Shown here in pieces: positions 1 to 8,338 of a stretch of DNA of 64,000 bases. Location of the stretch: contig CAXXOA010000001.1 of NCBI GenBank assembly GCA_963666275.2, positions 704,001-768,000 of the forward strand, written 5' to 3'. Numbering within the stretch: position 1 is the stretch's first letter; each line of letters begins with the position of its first letter. The notes beneath the pieces were generated by a model. The model did not search any database and was not told where the DNA came from. It saw only the letters and a program-made list of their open reading frames with translations. The translations under genes were made by a program, and so were the position numbers. This stretch comes from Oceanispirochaeta sp. Its GTDB lineage: Bacteria; Spirochaetota; Spirochaetia; DSM-2461.

Positions 1-530
1 AATCAAAGAAACGAAAATTCAAAAAGGATATCGGAAAGAAAGAAAACATGATTTATGATCCTTCAACCGATCATTTCATTTGTGCGAAGGGAAAGAAGCT
101 AAAACTGAAATATGTTCGATCCAGGAAGAATCAATACGGTTATGAAACGACAACACATACATATCGTTGTGAAAGAGGGTGTAAGAGCTGCTCTCTCCGT
201 TCTTCCTGTATAAAACGAAGTAAGGCAGACTATAAACAGGTACAGATCAACCACAAGCTGTCATCTTATCAAAGAAGAGCTACTGCTTTGATATCCAGTC
301 CGGAAGGTAAAGAAATCCGTGTTAATAGAAGTATTCAGGCAGAAGGAGTATTTGCTCAGATCAAAGCCAACTGGTCATTCAGGAGATTTTTACGGGCAGG
401 AAAAACAGGTATCTATACAGAATGGCTATTAGTTTGTCTGGCTATGAATGCTGTTCATTTGGGAAATAGATTATCCCGAGATGAAGTTGGTAATCCCTTC
501 TATTATCAGATAAAGGATGAATCAGCATAG
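1..530 (+). mobile_element. IS1182-family transposase, C-terminal part (5' end lies outside the window)
   Basis: Frame is open from the window edge. Cys-rich segment YRCERGCKSCSLRSSC followed by RSIQAEGVFAQIKANWSFRRFLRAG, typical of the IS1182 DDE C-terminus. AT-rich. Confidence 0.8.
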
Positions 531-692
531 CTCTAAATCCATTTTTTAATAGATAATGTATAGTCTCAGGTGCATCACATAGGATAAGTGTCAGTAAATT
601 ACTAAACAAAATGGGAAATTATCAGAATTTTTATTACCAGAACAGAAGTTGTGATCTAAATAGTGATCAAAATAAAAAGAATTTGATTAATG

Positions 693-741
693 AAAAAAAG
701 AGGCTGTCGCATTTTTACTTTTGCAACAGCCCCTTTTTTTT
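693..741. terminator. Hairpin AAAAAAAGAGGCTGTCGCA...TGCAACAGCCCCTTTTTTTT; probable IS right end doubling as an intrinsic terminator
   Basis: Inverted repeat flanked by A and T tracts. The two mismatches become G.U pairs on the minus strand. It abuts the stop codon of 740..2011. Confidence 0.65.
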
Positions 742-2011
742 ACTGATCCAGAGGGATCGGATCCCCTTCGTTTTTGTACATACCTTTAAATTCAACATAA
801 TCTGCTGTGGAAAAAGTACTATCATTTACAGCGATATTAAAATAACAAGGTTCGTAGGGAAGGTCAGACCAGGCTAGATATTTATTAAATCTTAATTCCA
901 GAAACCCATCACCCGCACCACCGGTGTGTCCGCTACTATCTTGAGATGCATTGTAATTGACTTGAAAAGTACTTGTTAACCAGTCAGAACCATCATATTC
1001 CGCGTAAAAATTGTGTGAATAGGCTCCATTTTCCTGATCTACGTAAATATCAACGGAAGTTATGGCTCCTATGGAGCCGGAATCATAAAAAGTCAGCAGA
1101 AAGTAGATATAATCATCGTCTTGTTTTATATACACTTTATCAATGTCAGTATTGACTTCTCCAGAGTTATCGTCAGTCAAGACGAAATCCTGATACCAGT
1201 AGCCATATTCTTCCCATGCGGTTATATCAGCCAATGAATTATCATCACATGTGGGGGTTATTCCTCTGTAAAACTGCACAATAGGAGAGTCCATGCTCGG
1301 TTGGGTATCAGAAGAGCTTTTCAGGAGAATATTGAACGTATTTTCATCATTGGAATTATCTATATTCCCATCACCATACAGATTTTCATGATACTGGTAC
1401 CACGAACCAATATGAAAATTCATTCCTGAATCAGATGGTATATAGTTCCAATACGTTGCCTTGGATATCCCAAGCTCAATTGCATTTTCAGATTCATTAA
1501 TCCCTGCAAACCTGATTCCTGCATTATTCAGATCGTAATCTCCCGTGTCATCATAATACCTTGACCAGAAACCAATTGTTCCGTCACTTGTTATTCCGCC
1601 ATCTGGAGAATTGTGGGTTAAATTGAAAAGATTTATCCCATAATTTGATTCATTCAGATCAAAACTAACACTTATACTGGGTTCTGTTAAAGGATTTCCA
1701 TTATAGGATTCAATAAAAAAATAGAGAGTATCATTATCCTGAGCAGCTTTTAACTGGTACAGGTCTCCCCCTGCTATCATGGGGTAGCCGTTCTGAGCTG
1801 TATCTGAAGAGTCATCTGTATACAGAGGCTCTACGTTATCCCAATCCAACAGATCGCCGTCAATAGCAATATCATCCCTGTATTCCAGAGTAATCCCATC
1901 CTGGCCAGTCGGGTCATAGGGGTTGTCGAATACCATATCTTCATACATAAAGCATGCGGATAATAGAAGAGCGGCTCCTGCTGTAATGAAAAAAAGGCCC
2001 GTTTTTCTCAT
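740..2011 (-). CDS. Lipoprotein with two repeated DOMON/CBM9-like domains
   Basis: Lipobox LLLSAC; IAIDGDLLDW motif; internal repeat DLYQLKAAQDNDTLYFFI / DIDKVYIKQDDDYIYFLL; acidic and aromatic-rich. Confidence 0.6.
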   Translation of the reverse strand: MRKTGLFFITAGAALLLSACFMYEDMVFDNPYDPTGQDGITLEYRDDIAIDGDLLDWDNVEPLYTDDSSDTAQNGYPMIAGGDLYQLKAAQDNDTLYFFIESYNGNPLTEPSISVSFDLNESNYGINLFNLTHNSPDGGITSDGTIGFWSRYYDDTGDYDLNNAGIRFAGINESENAIELGISKATYWNYIPSDSGMNFHIGSWYQYHENLYGDGNIDNSNDENTFNILLKSSSDTQPSMDSPIVQFYRGITPTCDDNSLADITAWEEYGYWYQDFVLTDDNSGEVNTDIDKVYIKQDDDYIYFLLTFYDSGSIGAITSVDIYVDQENGAYSHNFYAEYDGSDWLTSTFQVNYNASQDSSGHTGGAGDGFLELRFNKYLAWSDLPYEPCYFNIAVNDSTFSTADYVEFKGMYKNEGDPIPLDQ

Positions 2012-2204
2012 AAAACTAAGTATAACAGAAATATAATAACCCCTCTATGGAAAAATGCATTCTTATAGGGAAACAGCTCTGTTAAGGTTCCATTAATTCC
2101 GTATGAGAAATAGGTTATGTCTTTTAGGATGATTTAAATACCTGAATATAAACAAAATAGATGTTTTTTAAGCCAGCAGGTCGGTCCCGCGTATGGTCAA
2201 CTCC

Positions 2205-2271
2205 TGTTAAGGTTTCTTAACATAAGCTAATTTACTTTGACAGACCGGAAATCTCTTTCTAATGTGTTTCT
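2205..2271 (+). promoter_or_regulatory. Sigma70-like promoter of the cys/sulfonolipid operon with an upstream palindrome; probably leaderless
   Basis: TTGACA (2237-2242), 17 bp, TAATGT (2260-2265), 6 bp, ATG, with no Shine-Dalgarno. Palindrome TGTTAAG-GTTT-CTTAACA at 2205-2222. Confidence 0.6.
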
Positions 2272-3153
2272 ATGGACCAACTGGATCAATTAGAAAGCAT
2301 CGGCATAAGAATCCTCCGGGAAGCTTATGCGAATTTTAAAAACCTGTGCATGCTCTGGTCAATCGGCAAGGACAGCACGGTTCTGTTATGGCTTGCCCGT
2401 AAAGCTTTTTACGGGCATGTTCCCTTTCCTCTGGTACACATCGACACACACTACAAGATTCCCGAAATGATCGAGTACAGAGACCGGCTGACCCGGGAAT
2501 GGAAACTGCCCATGGTCTACGGGGAGAACTCCGAAGCCCTGGCGGCCCATCAGACCTTTCCCGAAGGCAATGTGGACAGACTGACCTGCTGCCGCCTCCT
2601 GAAGGCCGAAGCCCTGAAGAATACCCTGAACGGAAGCTGGAAGCGTTACCGGTTCAATCATTCCACCGACCAGTATGAACTGGACAAGGATACGGAAATG
2701 TACACCGGAGTCATCGTGGGTGTACGGGCCGACGAAGAGGGGTCCCGTTCCAAGGAACGCTACTTCAGCCCCCGGGACAAGGAGAATATCTGGGACGTGG
2801 GAGATCAGCCCCCCGAGTTCTGGAACCAGTTTAAAACTGATTTTGCTCCGGGAACCCATGTGAGGATTCATCCTCTCCTGGACTGGACCGAGCTGAATAT
2901 CTGGGAGTACATCGAACGGGAGCAGATTCCCACGGTCTCCCTCTACTACGATCAGGGTTCAGGTCAGCGCTACCGTTCCCTGGGATGCGGTCCCTGTACC
3001 AATCCTGTGGAATCCACCGCAAAAAATGTGGGGGATATCATCACCGAGCTGAAAACAGGCAAGTTCGCCCATATCGCCGAGCGGTCCGGTAGGGCCCAGG
3101 ACAAGGATGACGGAGGCGGACTGGAAACTCTCAGAAGGGACGGGTACATGTGA
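2272..3153 (+). CDS. cysD: Sulfate adenylyltransferase subunit 2
   Basis: [12 protein letters not shown]-loop, [39 protein letters not shown]-terminal RRDGYM. Confidence 0.95.
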   Translation: MDQLDQLESIGIRILREAYANFKNLCMLWSIGKDSTVLLWLARKAFYGHVPFPLVHIDTHYKIPEMIEYRDRLTREWKLPMVYGENSEALAAHQTFPEGNVDRLTCCRLLKAEALKNTLNGSWKRYRFNHSTDQYELDKDTEMYTGVIVGVRADEEGSRSKERYFSPRDKENIWDVGDQPPEFWNQFKTDFAPGTHVRIHPLLDWTELNIWEYIEREQIPTVSLYYDQGSGQRYRSLGCGPCTNPVESTAKNVGDIITELKTGKFAHIAERSGRAQDKDDGGGLETLRRDGYM

Positions 3154-4961
3154 TGAGCAGAGATCAGATGAATATCGTCTTTACAGGACATGTGGACCAT
3201 GGCAAGAGTACGGTGGTCGGACGCCTTCTGGCCGATACGGACTCCCTTCCCGAAGGAAAGCTGGAACAGGTCAAACGGGAGTGTGAGCGCAACTCCAAAC
3301 CCTTCGAATACGCCTTTCTGCTGGATGCCCTGAAAGATGAGCAGTCCCAGGGCATCACCATCGATTCGGCCCGTGTCTTTTTCAATACTGAAAAGCGCGA
3401 CTACATCATCATCGACGCACCGGGTCATATCGAGTTTCTGAAAAATATGATAACCGGGGCAGCCCGGGCGGAAGCGGCTTTTCTTGTGATTGACGCCGAT
3501 GAGGGGGTTCAGGAAAACTCACGGCGCCACGGATACCTCCTCTCCATGCTGGGGATCCGTCAGCTCTGTGTCCTTGTCAATAAAATGGACCTGGTAGGTT
3601 ACAACAGGCAGGTCTATAACAAAATTGTGCGGAAGTACTCCCGGTTTCTGAAAAATATCAATCTCACCGATGTCAACTTCATTCCCGTCAGCGGCCGGGA
3701 AGGGGACAATATCTTCCACAGGGGCGGGAACATGCCCTGGTGGGAGGGCGGTACCGTTCTGGAGCTGCTGGATGCGTTTAAAAAAGAAAAACCTCTGGAC
3801 GATCTTCCCATGAGGATGCCTGTGACGGATATCTACAAGTTCACCAACTATGATGATTCCAGAAGGATCATTGCGGGGACTGTGGAAACCGGTAAATTCA
3901 AGCCGGGAGATGAGTTGATCTTCTATCCCTCCGGAAAGAAAAGTAAAATCAGAACAGTAGAAAGCTTCAATGCGGAAGTTCCTGCGGCTGTGACTGCCGG
4001 AATGGCTACAGGTGTCACTCTGGAGGAGCAGATCTATCTCTCCCGGGGGGCCGTGGCCTGCCGTTCCGACCAGCTGCCTCCCAAAGTGGGGAGCTATCTG
4101 AAAACAAGCCTTTTCTGGCTGGGCAAAGAGCCCCTTGTCAAAGGGAAAGAGTACATGCTGAAAAACGGAACCTCCAAGGTCCGGGCTCAGCTGGCCGAAA
4201 TTACCCGAGTCATCGATGCCTCCTCTCTGGATACGGAAAACACCCAGGAGCAGGTCAACAGGCATGAAGTGGCCGAATGTGTGTTCAGTCTCCAGAAAGC
4301 CATTGCCTTCGATCTGGTGGAGGAACTGCCCCAGACCAGCCGGTTTGTTCTCGTGGACGGGTATGAAATCGCCGGAGGAGGAATTATCCGTGACGTTCAT
4401 GACCACGGGCAGACCGAATACGGCGAGCAGTTGATCCGAAGAACCCTGGAGTGGGAAAACGGTATCGTCACCGAACTGGACAGGATGCAGACCTATGGTC
4501 AGAGACCCGCGCTGATCCTTGTCTCGGGTGAGCTGAACGGCGGAAAGAAAGCCTTTGCGGAAAAGCTTGAAAAGGAGCTCTTTTCCCTGGGAAAAAAGGT
4601 CTACTATCTGGGATACAAGAGCATCAAATTCGGACTGGACTCGGACCTCAGGGACGGCCGGGCCGAACGGCGTCAGCAGGCTGCCCGGGAAGAGCATATC
4701 CGCAGGATTGCCGAGATCGCCCATATCATGCTGGATGCGGGGCTCTTTTTTATAGTTAAAATCGATAATCTGACCTACGAGGAGAGGGATCTTATTCAGC
4801 TCCTCATGGGATCCTCCCGCCTGAAAACTGTCTGGGTGGGAGAAAAAATAGCGACGGACATTCAGCCTGACTGGCATGTAAAACGGCCTCTTGCTGTGGA
4901 CGAACATATGAAAGAAGTTCAGCAGATTCTGGTGGACTGGGAACTGGTGGAGGTACGTTGA
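3153..4961 (+). CDS. cysN: Sulfate adenylyltransferase subunit 1 (GTPase) fused to a degenerate APS-kinase-like domain
   Basis: [20 protein letters not shown] and NKMD motifs. C-terminal CysC-like domain with an altered P-loop ([10 protein letters not shown]). TGATG overlap with cysD. Confidence 0.9.
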   Translation: MSRDQMNIVFTGHVDHGKSTVVGRLLADTDSLPEGKLEQVKRECERNSKPFEYAFLLDALKDEQSQGITIDSARVFFNTEKRDYIIIDAPGHIEFLKNMITGAARAEAAFLVIDADEGVQENSRRHGYLLSMLGIRQLCVLVNKMDLVGYNRQVYNKIVRKYSRFLKNINLTDVNFIPVSGREGDNIFHRGGNMPWWEGGTVLELLDAFKKEKPLDDLPMRMPVTDIYKFTNYDDSRRIIAGTVETGKFKPGDELIFYPSGKKSKIRTVESFNAEVPAAVTAGMATGVTLEEQIYLSRGAVACRSDQLPPKVGSYLKTSLFWLGKEPLVKGKEYMLKNGTSKVRAQLAEITRVIDASSLDTENTQEQVNRHEVAECVFSLQKAIAFDLVEELPQTSRFVLVDGYEIAGGGIIRDVHDHGQTEYGEQLIRRTLEWENGIVTELDRMQTYGQRPALILVSGELNGGKKAFAEKLEKELFSLGKKVYYLGYKSIKFGLDSDLRDGRAERRQQAAREEHIRRIAEIAHIMLDAGLFFIVKIDNLTYEERDLIQLLMGSSRLKTVWVGEKIATDIQPDWHVKRPLAVDEHMKEVQQILVDWELVEVR

Positions 4962-6253
4962 TGAAGCAGTTCGAACCGACAAAATATAAAGTGCAGGCCC
5001 TTTGCTGCGGAAAAGTCTTCAGTGATCAGGGGCAGCCCCTGTCCTGTCCCGACTGCTCGGATCCGCATTTTCTGAGGGCTGATTATGAGAAGAAACAGCT
5101 GGACGTCAAAGAGGATGCCCTGGGGCTCTACAGATTCAGTGACTGGCTCCCTGTGGAAAAGACCCTGGAAGGCTCGGGAGCGCCTGTGACCTTCAGGAGC
5201 GAAAAACTGGCCGGGAAACTGGGCCTGAGCAATCTGTGGATCACCTTTAACGGCTGGTGGCCCGAAAAAGGCGCCTTTATGAAAACAGGAACCTTCAAAG
5301 AGTGCGAAGCCTACTCGGTCTGTGCCAGAATTCCAAAAGGAAAAAAGGGCATTCTGGTCGTGGCTTCCGCGGGAAATACAGCCAGGGCATTTGCCCGGGT
5401 GTGCTCTGAAAACAACATTCCCCTGGTCATCACCATCCCCGAAGACAATCTGGGTGCCATGTGGTCGGACAAACCTCTGGCGGACTGTGTCAAAATCATT
5501 GCCGCCTCCTCGGGGTCGGACTACTTCGATGCCATCGATCTGTCGAACAAAATCTGTCAGGGCGAAGATTTCTTTCCCGAAGGGGGCGCGAAAAACATAG
5601 CCCGGAGAGACGGAATGGGAACAACGGTCCTTTCCGCTGTGACAGCCATCGGTGAGATTCCCGACTACTATTTTCAGGCTGTCGGGAGCGGTACAGGCGC
5701 TATCGCCGCCTGGGAAGCCAATCTGAGATTCCTGAAAGACGGAAGGTTCGGCAATAAAAAGATGAAACTGATGGTCTCCCAGAATGCCCCGTTCAAAATT
5801 ATCTATGACTCCTGGAGGGCCGACAGCAGAGCCCTGGTGGCTCTGGATGATGATGAAGCCAGGCAGCAGGTGATTGCCATGAACGCCAAGGTGCTTTCCA
5901 ACCGGAAACCTCCCTATTCTTTGCCGAACGGTCTTTACGATGCCCTCAAGGATACAGGGGGAGATGTCCTTTTGGCGGACAATGAGGAAGCTGCCGAAGC
6001 GGGGCGCCTTTTCAGGGAGACCGAAGGAAATGATATCTCACCGGCTGCCTCGGTTGCCTTGGCATCTTTGATAAAAGCTGTTAACAATGATACGGTGAAG
6101 GCCGGCGAAACGGTGATGCTCAACATAACCGGAGGCGGCATGGGGCGATTTGCCTCTGAAAATACAGTAACAATTGCCAAAGCGGACCTTGTGTTTTCTC
6201 CCCGGGTGGATACACAGGAGCTGATAGAAGCGGTAAGAGATTTATTTAAATAA
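4961..6253 (+). CDS. Cysteate synthase (threonine-synthase-like PLP enzyme, Methanosarcinales type)
   Basis: TGTFKECEA (PLP Lys), VASAGNTARAF, EGGAKNIARRDGMGT, YFQAVGSGTGAIAAWEA, VLSNRKPPY; N-terminal Cys pairs. TGATG overlap with cysN. Confidence 0.85.
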   Translation: MKQFEPTKYKVQALCCGKVFSDQGQPLSCPDCSDPHFLRADYEKKQLDVKEDALGLYRFSDWLPVEKTLEGSGAPVTFRSEKLAGKLGLSNLWITFNGWWPEKGAFMKTGTFKECEAYSVCARIPKGKKGILVVASAGNTARAFARVCSENNIPLVITIPEDNLGAMWSDKPLADCVKIIAASSGSDYFDAIDLSNKICQGEDFFPEGGAKNIARRDGMGTTVLSAVTAIGEIPDYYFQAVGSGTGAIAAWEANLRFLKDGRFGNKKMKLMVSQNAPFKIIYDSWRADSRALVALDDDEARQQVIAMNAKVLSNRKPPYSLPNGLYDALKDTGGDVLLADNEEAAEAGRLFRETEGNDISPAASVALASLIKAVNNDTVKAGETVMLNITGGGMGRFASENTVTIAKADLVFSPRVDTQELIEAVRDLFK

Positions 6254-6293
6254 AAAGGTTTATTCAAACAACTCGATTAAGTAGGAGAAAACT

Positions 6294-7580
6294 ATGAGTG
6301 TAGATATTTTTGACAAGTGTAAAACAGACGGTGGATATTTCGGTAAATACAGAGCCGCCGGCGATAGAGACCTGACACGGCCCACCATGGATCCGATCCC
6401 CGGGAAAACCATGCAGTACAAGGGAGAAGAGTACGTGATGTGGTCTGTGAACAACTACATCGGACTGGCTGAAAACCAGGAAGTCAAAGCCGCTGCGGCC
6501 GAGGCTCTTGCGTCTTTCGGAACAAGTGCTCCCATGGGTTCCAGGATGATGAGCGGTAATACCCAGCACCATCAGGACCTTGAAAAACGCCTGGCTGATT
6601 TTTCCCAGAAAGAAGCGGCCTATCTGTTTAACTACGGCTATATGGGTGTTCTCGGTATTGTTTCTTCCCTCTGCGGCCCCAAAGATACGGTTGTGGTGGA
6701 CAAACTGGCTCATGCGTGTATCCTCGATGCCGCCGCCATGGCAAAAGCCGCAGGAGCGACTATCCGCTATTTTAAACACAACAATATGGAAGATCTGGAA
6801 AAGGTTCTTCAGAGTGTGAATAAAGGCAGGGAAGGGGGCGTCATGATCCTCATCGAGGGGGTTTACGGTATGACCGGAGACCTGGCTGACCTCCCCGGAA
6901 TCTGCGAACTGAAAGAAAAATACAACGCCCGCCTTTTCATCGATGATGCCCATGGTATCGGAGTTATGGGAGAAACAGGCCGCGGTACCGGCGACTTCTT
7001 CGGTGTTCAGGACAAGATCGATATCTACTTCGGAACCTTCGCCAAGGCTTTCGCGTCCATCGGCGGTTACTGTGCGGCCGATCAGGATGTGATCGACTGG
7101 ATTGCCTACAATGCCCGGACGCAGGTCTTTGCCAAGAGCCTCCCCATGGTCTATGTGAAAGCTCTGGACAGAACTCTGGACTTTGTGATTGAGGGAAATG
7201 ACAGGCGTCAGAAAATGTGGGACAACTCCCATAAACTGAGAGACGGACTGAGGGAACTGGGGTACTACATCGGCCCCGGTGAATCTCCCATCTGTTCCGT
7301 TTTTACCCCCACCGGGAGCGATGATCCCAACGGCATGGGTGTGAGAATGGTAAAATTCCTGAGAGAGAACAACATCTTTGTCACAGCTGTTGTCTATCCT
7401 GTTATTCCTCCCGGGCTGTGTATGTTCAGAATGATCCCCACCACATCCCATACAGATGCGGAAATCAACAGAACCATTGAGGTATTTGCCAGGATGAAAG
7501 AGGCCCTGGAGCTGGCAGACTCGGTCACCGATGACGATATCAGCAAGATTAAAAGAGTCTACAGGGAAAGAAAATCCTGA
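6294..7580 (+). CDS. PLP-dependent alpha-oxoamine synthase, SulA/CapB-like cysteate:acyl C-acyltransferase
   Basis: WSVNNYIGL, APMGSRMMSG, HACILD, EGVYGMTGD, DDAHG, GTFAK251, QVFAK281SLP. Lies directly after the cysteate synthase; SD AGGAG. Confidence 0.8.
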   Translation: MSVDIFDKCKTDGGYFGKYRAAGDRDLTRPTMDPIPGKTMQYKGEEYVMWSVNNYIGLAENQEVKAAAAEALASFGTSAPMGSRMMSGNTQHHQDLEKRLADFSQKEAAYLFNYGYMGVLGIVSSLCGPKDTVVVDKLAHACILDAAAMAKAAGATIRYFKHNNMEDLEKVLQSVNKGREGGVMILIEGVYGMTGDLADLPGICELKEKYNARLFIDDAHGIGVMGETGRGTGDFFGVQDKIDIYFGTFAKAFASIGGYCAADQDVIDWIAYNARTQVFAKSLPMVYVKALDRTLDFVIEGNDRRQKMWDNSHKLRDGLRELGYYIGPGESPICSVFTPTGSDDPNGMGVRMVKFLRENNIFVTAVVYPVIPPGLCMFRMIPTTSHTDAEINRTIEVFARMKEALELADSVTDDDISKIKRVYRERKS

Positions 7581-8287
7581 TGCAGAAAGATCTGGTTGCA
7601 CAGTATCAGAAAGAACTGGCCGGCGCTTCCCCCGGGGAGGTCCTGGCCTGGGCTCACAATACCTTTGATCTTTCCGGGATTGCCCTGTCCAACAGTCTGG
7701 GGCTGGAAGATATGGTCCTGACCGACATGCTTATGAAGATTGACCGGAATTTTCCGGTGTTCACCCTGGATACGGGGCGCCTCTTTCAGGAGACCTATGA
7801 TCTCATGGAAGAAGCCCGTACCCGGTGGAAGCTGTCTATGAAGGTTCTGTTTCCCGATCGGGAAGAAGTGGAGAGTCTGATGGTCCGGAAGGGCCCCAAC
7901 TCGTTCTACTACAGTCTGGATAACCGGAAAGAGTGCTGCCGGATCAGAAAGATCGAACCCCTGAAAAAAGAGCTGTCTACTCTGGATGCCTGGATCACCG
8001 GGCTCAGAAGAGAACAGTCTGTCACAAGGAATGAAGTTCAGTGCGTGGAATGGGATGAAGCCTTCGGTCTGATAAAGATCAATCCCCTTGTGGACTGGAG
8101 CGAAAAACAGTGCTGGGATTATGTAAAAGAGCATCATGTCCCGGTTCACAGTCTCCATAAAAAAGGCTTCCCCTCTATAGGCTGTGCTCCCTGTACCCGG
8201 GCTGTGAAACCCGGAGAAGATATCCGGGCCGGCCGCTGGTGGTGGGAAAATCCTGAAAGCAAAGAGTGCGGACTGCACAGAAAATAG
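7580..8287 (+). CDS. cysH: Thioredoxin-dependent APS reductase (Fe-S type CysH)
   Basis: LDTGRLF, ECCRIRK (CC), SIGCAPCT (CxxC), RAGRWWWE, KECGLH. TGATG overlap with the upstream gene. Confidence 0.93.
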   Translation: MQKDLVAQYQKELAGASPGEVLAWAHNTFDLSGIALSNSLGLEDMVLTDMLMKIDRNFPVFTLDTGRLFQETYDLMEEARTRWKLSMKVLFPDREEVESLMVRKGPNSFYYSLDNRKECCRIRKIEPLKKELSTLDAWITGLRREQSVTRNEVQCVEWDEAFGLIKINPLVDWSEKQCWDYVKEHHVPVHSLHKKGFPSIGCAPCTRAVKPGEDIRAGRWWWENPESKECGLHRK

Positions 8288-8307
8288 ATTTATCCGTTCC
8301 CCAGTAC

Positions 8308-8338
8308 AGGGACAGTTCTCAGGAACTGTCCCTTTTTT
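8308..8338 (+). terminator. Intrinsic terminator of the cys/sulfonolipid operon
   Basis: AGGGACAGTTC-TCAG-GAACTGTCCCT followed by a T tract. Confidence 0.85.

Noticed and set aside
611..877. 88-aa ORF after the transposase
   Set aside because: It runs through the IS end hairpin and antisense into the lipoprotein gene, and shows no coding hallmarks.
4961..6253. Coenzyme M biosynthesis or threonine synthase as the role of the PLP enzyme
   Set aside because: No sulfopyruvate decarboxylase (comDE) or thr genes are adjacent. The motifs fit cysteate synthase, and the next gene is an acyl-condensing alpha-oxoamine synthase.
6294..7580. BioF, KBL or ordinary serine palmitoyltransferase
   Set aside because: There is no bio or tdh context. 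The FAKSLP motif and the position inside a sulfite/cysteate operon favour cysteate. Not excluded without an assay.
3519..7601. Long antisense ORFs 3519..4982 and 6264..7601 (likewise 35110..36471, 45572..46678, 53491..54744)
   Set aside because: They mirror well-supported genes on the opposite strand and have no recognisable motifs, so they are treated as shadow ORFs.
2272..8287. Ordinary cysteine-biosynthesis operon
   Set aside because: No sulfite reductase, cysE or cysK is present in the operon or elsewhere in the window.
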